Below are positions 61,926-64,000 of a stretch of 64,000 nt of DNA, in pieces. The stretch is from positions 3,410,001 to 3,474,000 of the forward strand of contig NC_043021.1 of NCBI RefSeq assembly GCF_006345805.1. Direction: 5' to 3'. This DNA comes from Octopus sinensis. Taxonomy: Eukaryota. Below the pieces are notes generated by a model. The model saw only the letters and a program-made list of their open reading frames with translations. It was not told the origin of the DNA and ran no database searches. Within the stretch, counting starts at the first letter, position 1. Each line of letters opens with the position of its first letter. The position numbers and the translations under genes were made by a program.

Positions 61926-62126
61926 TCGTCTGGCACCTGTGCGGGTGGCACGTAAAAAGCACCCACTACACTCACGGAGTGGTTGGCGTTAGGAAGGGCA
62001 TTCAGCCGTAGAAACACTGCCAGATCAGACTGGGCCTGGCACAGCCTTCTGGCTTCCCAGACCCCAGTTGAAGCATCCAACCCATGCTAGCATGGAAAAC
62101 GGACGTTAAACTATGATGATGATGAT
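61926..62126 (+). mobile_element. 5'-truncated RTE 3'-end copy
   Basis: RTE tail with (GAT)n. Confidence 0.8.
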
Positions 62127-62726
62127 AATATTACAGATCCAGCAGAGCGTACTAGCATCATTCCTCTCTAGTCTTTACATGTCCTCTGCATTCGGGGCCC
62201 ATATCTCCCTACCATGTCGAATTGTTGTTTGTTATTTGTAAATGAAAGTTACAAACTTCTTTCATAGCCATTGCTGCATTAACCTGATAACCTTGTCTCT
62301 CAATTAAGATGCGTAAGCATGCAACACTGAGCATATTAAATGCTACTAAACAGTACTAAACATGAAAACAAGCAAAGGAAAAGAAAAAGAAAGCGCTATA
62401 AAATAGTCCAAAACAAATTTTATTCACTTGTTATCTCGATCTTTTACGTGTTCCTGTCATTGGATTGTATCTATGCTGAGACACTACCTTGAAGGGTTTA
62501 GTTGAATAAAGAGAAAATAAAAATAAAGGTAATAGAGATAAGACTAATAGTAATTGAGGAGAGTGGAAGTGGAGAGGAGAGTTAAGTCCATCAAGAATAA
62601 AGAAATGGAATATTTTGGAGTGGTCAGTATTGTGTTGTGTCCTTGTCAAAAGATGACCTGTGTGGTGACTCTTGATTTGAGGTCAGATATTCAGTTCTCG
62701 CAGGGGGTGTGCTGTACATACACATA

Positions 62727-63117
62727 CACTCTTTTACTTGCTTCAGTCATTGGACTGCGGCCATGCTGGAGCACCGCCTTTAGTCGAGCAACTCGACCCC
62801 GGGACCTATTCTTTGTAAGCCCAGTACTTATTCTATCGGTCTCTTTTGCCGAACCGCTAAGTAACGGGGACATAAACACACCAGCATCGGTTGTCAAACA
62901 ATGCTAGGGGGCAAACACAGACACACAAACACATACACATACATATATATATACGACAGGCTTCTTTCAGTTTCCGTCTACCAAATCCACTCACAAGGCA
63001 TTGGTCGGCCCGGGGCTATAGTAGAAGACACTTGCCCAAGATGCTACACAGTGGGACTGAACCCGGAACAATGTGGTTGGTTAGCAAGCTACTTACCACA
63101 CATCCACTCCTGCGCCT
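62727..63117 (-). mobile_element. SINE family A, full copy
   Basis: Family A sequence. Confidence 0.85.
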
Positions 63118-63844
63118 ATGTATACATATACACACATACACGTGCTTATATACTTACATGCCTCTTAACCATTACAACTTTGCATGTACACACACGAATT
63201 CATACAGTTATGCCAAACCAAATAAAACAATTGTGTGGTTTAAAGGTGATTTAGCTGTTGATTTTAGCACATCTTACGATCACCTCATACCGTCCTCGTT
63301 TTTTTTTGTCATCCTGACATGTATTGATGTTTTCAATATTTTTCTCCCCATAAAGACATTTAATAATCCATTGCTGGGATTTAAGCAAAAAATTCGGACT
63401 GTCCATTAAGTTAAACTCTAAAAAAAAAAATTAAATTAGGAAAAGAGTGGAAATTTTAGGATTTGGGGTGGGGGTTAACATTTTTTCATAATTGTATGAA
63501 TTCCCGCGTTTAGAACACAAATTCGCAAAAGTTTTCTTAAAATTCCAAAAAAAAAAATAGTTATGAGGGGTTACATGGGGTACTTAAACCAGTATTCCGT
63601 CACAAAATGTATTACTTTCGGCTTTAGGTTTCCAGTTTAAATGTTGCCGAAATCGACTTTGCTTTTGATTCTTTCGGAATCAATAAAATATGTACCAGGC
63701 GACTACTGGGGGGAGGAGGAGGGGGGGCGATGTAACCCCCTCCTCCAAAATTCCAGGCCTTGTGCCTATCGTAGAAAGGATTATCATAAATACCGCTAAG
63801 CCAAATTTCTTGCAGTATTTAGTTCCCTTTGTGTTCTGATATAA

Positions 63845-64000
63845 TCGCCAATAGCCTCCCTCTGAGACTACGTGACGTCATATAGTAGGAATGACTCTCA
63901 AGCTTTTACTGCCTGAGTATTCCGTTCGTATCGAGATGTGCGGGCGTCGTGTCGTAAATGTTGTCCGGTCAGCAGAGAGGTCGATATTGTTGGTACTAGT
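63845..64000. promoter_or_regulatory. CpG-rich promoter-like segment at window end
   Basis: CCAAT at 63848-63852, perfect CRE TGACGTCA at 63873-63880, and a high CpG density relative to the rest of the window. Confidence 0.35.

Overview
Eukaryotic, AT-rich, repeat-dense genomic DNA. It is most likely octopus/cephalopod, inferred from the SINE families I recognise and not confirmed by any search. I reconstructed three protein-coding genes by hand from splice sites and reading frames. Two are tandem + strand MADF-BESS paralogs with identical 3-exon structure (803-26298, 279 aa; 33665-40312, 328 aa). The third is MRPL51 on the - strand (54036-49879, 192 aa), apparently driven from a bidirectional promoter near 56.9 kb. 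The most striking structure is a ~15.85 kb insertion (7189-23038) in intron 2 of the first MADF-BESS gene, which splits one SINE at its internal (TA)n tract. It consists of ~17.7 head-to-tail ~611-bp monomers, each with a GC-box/TATA/Inr-like layout, fused directly to an intact RTE-clade LINE. The LINE has an APE + RT ORF with an inserted PHD-type finger, a repeat-built 1.7-kb 3' UTR and a (TGA)n tail. The rest of the window is tRNA-derived SINEs, truncated RTE 3' ends, non-autonomous Helitrons, MITEs and relics of Tc1/mariner, CR1-like and Penelope elements. Most short ORFs in the supplied track are repeat-derived noise.
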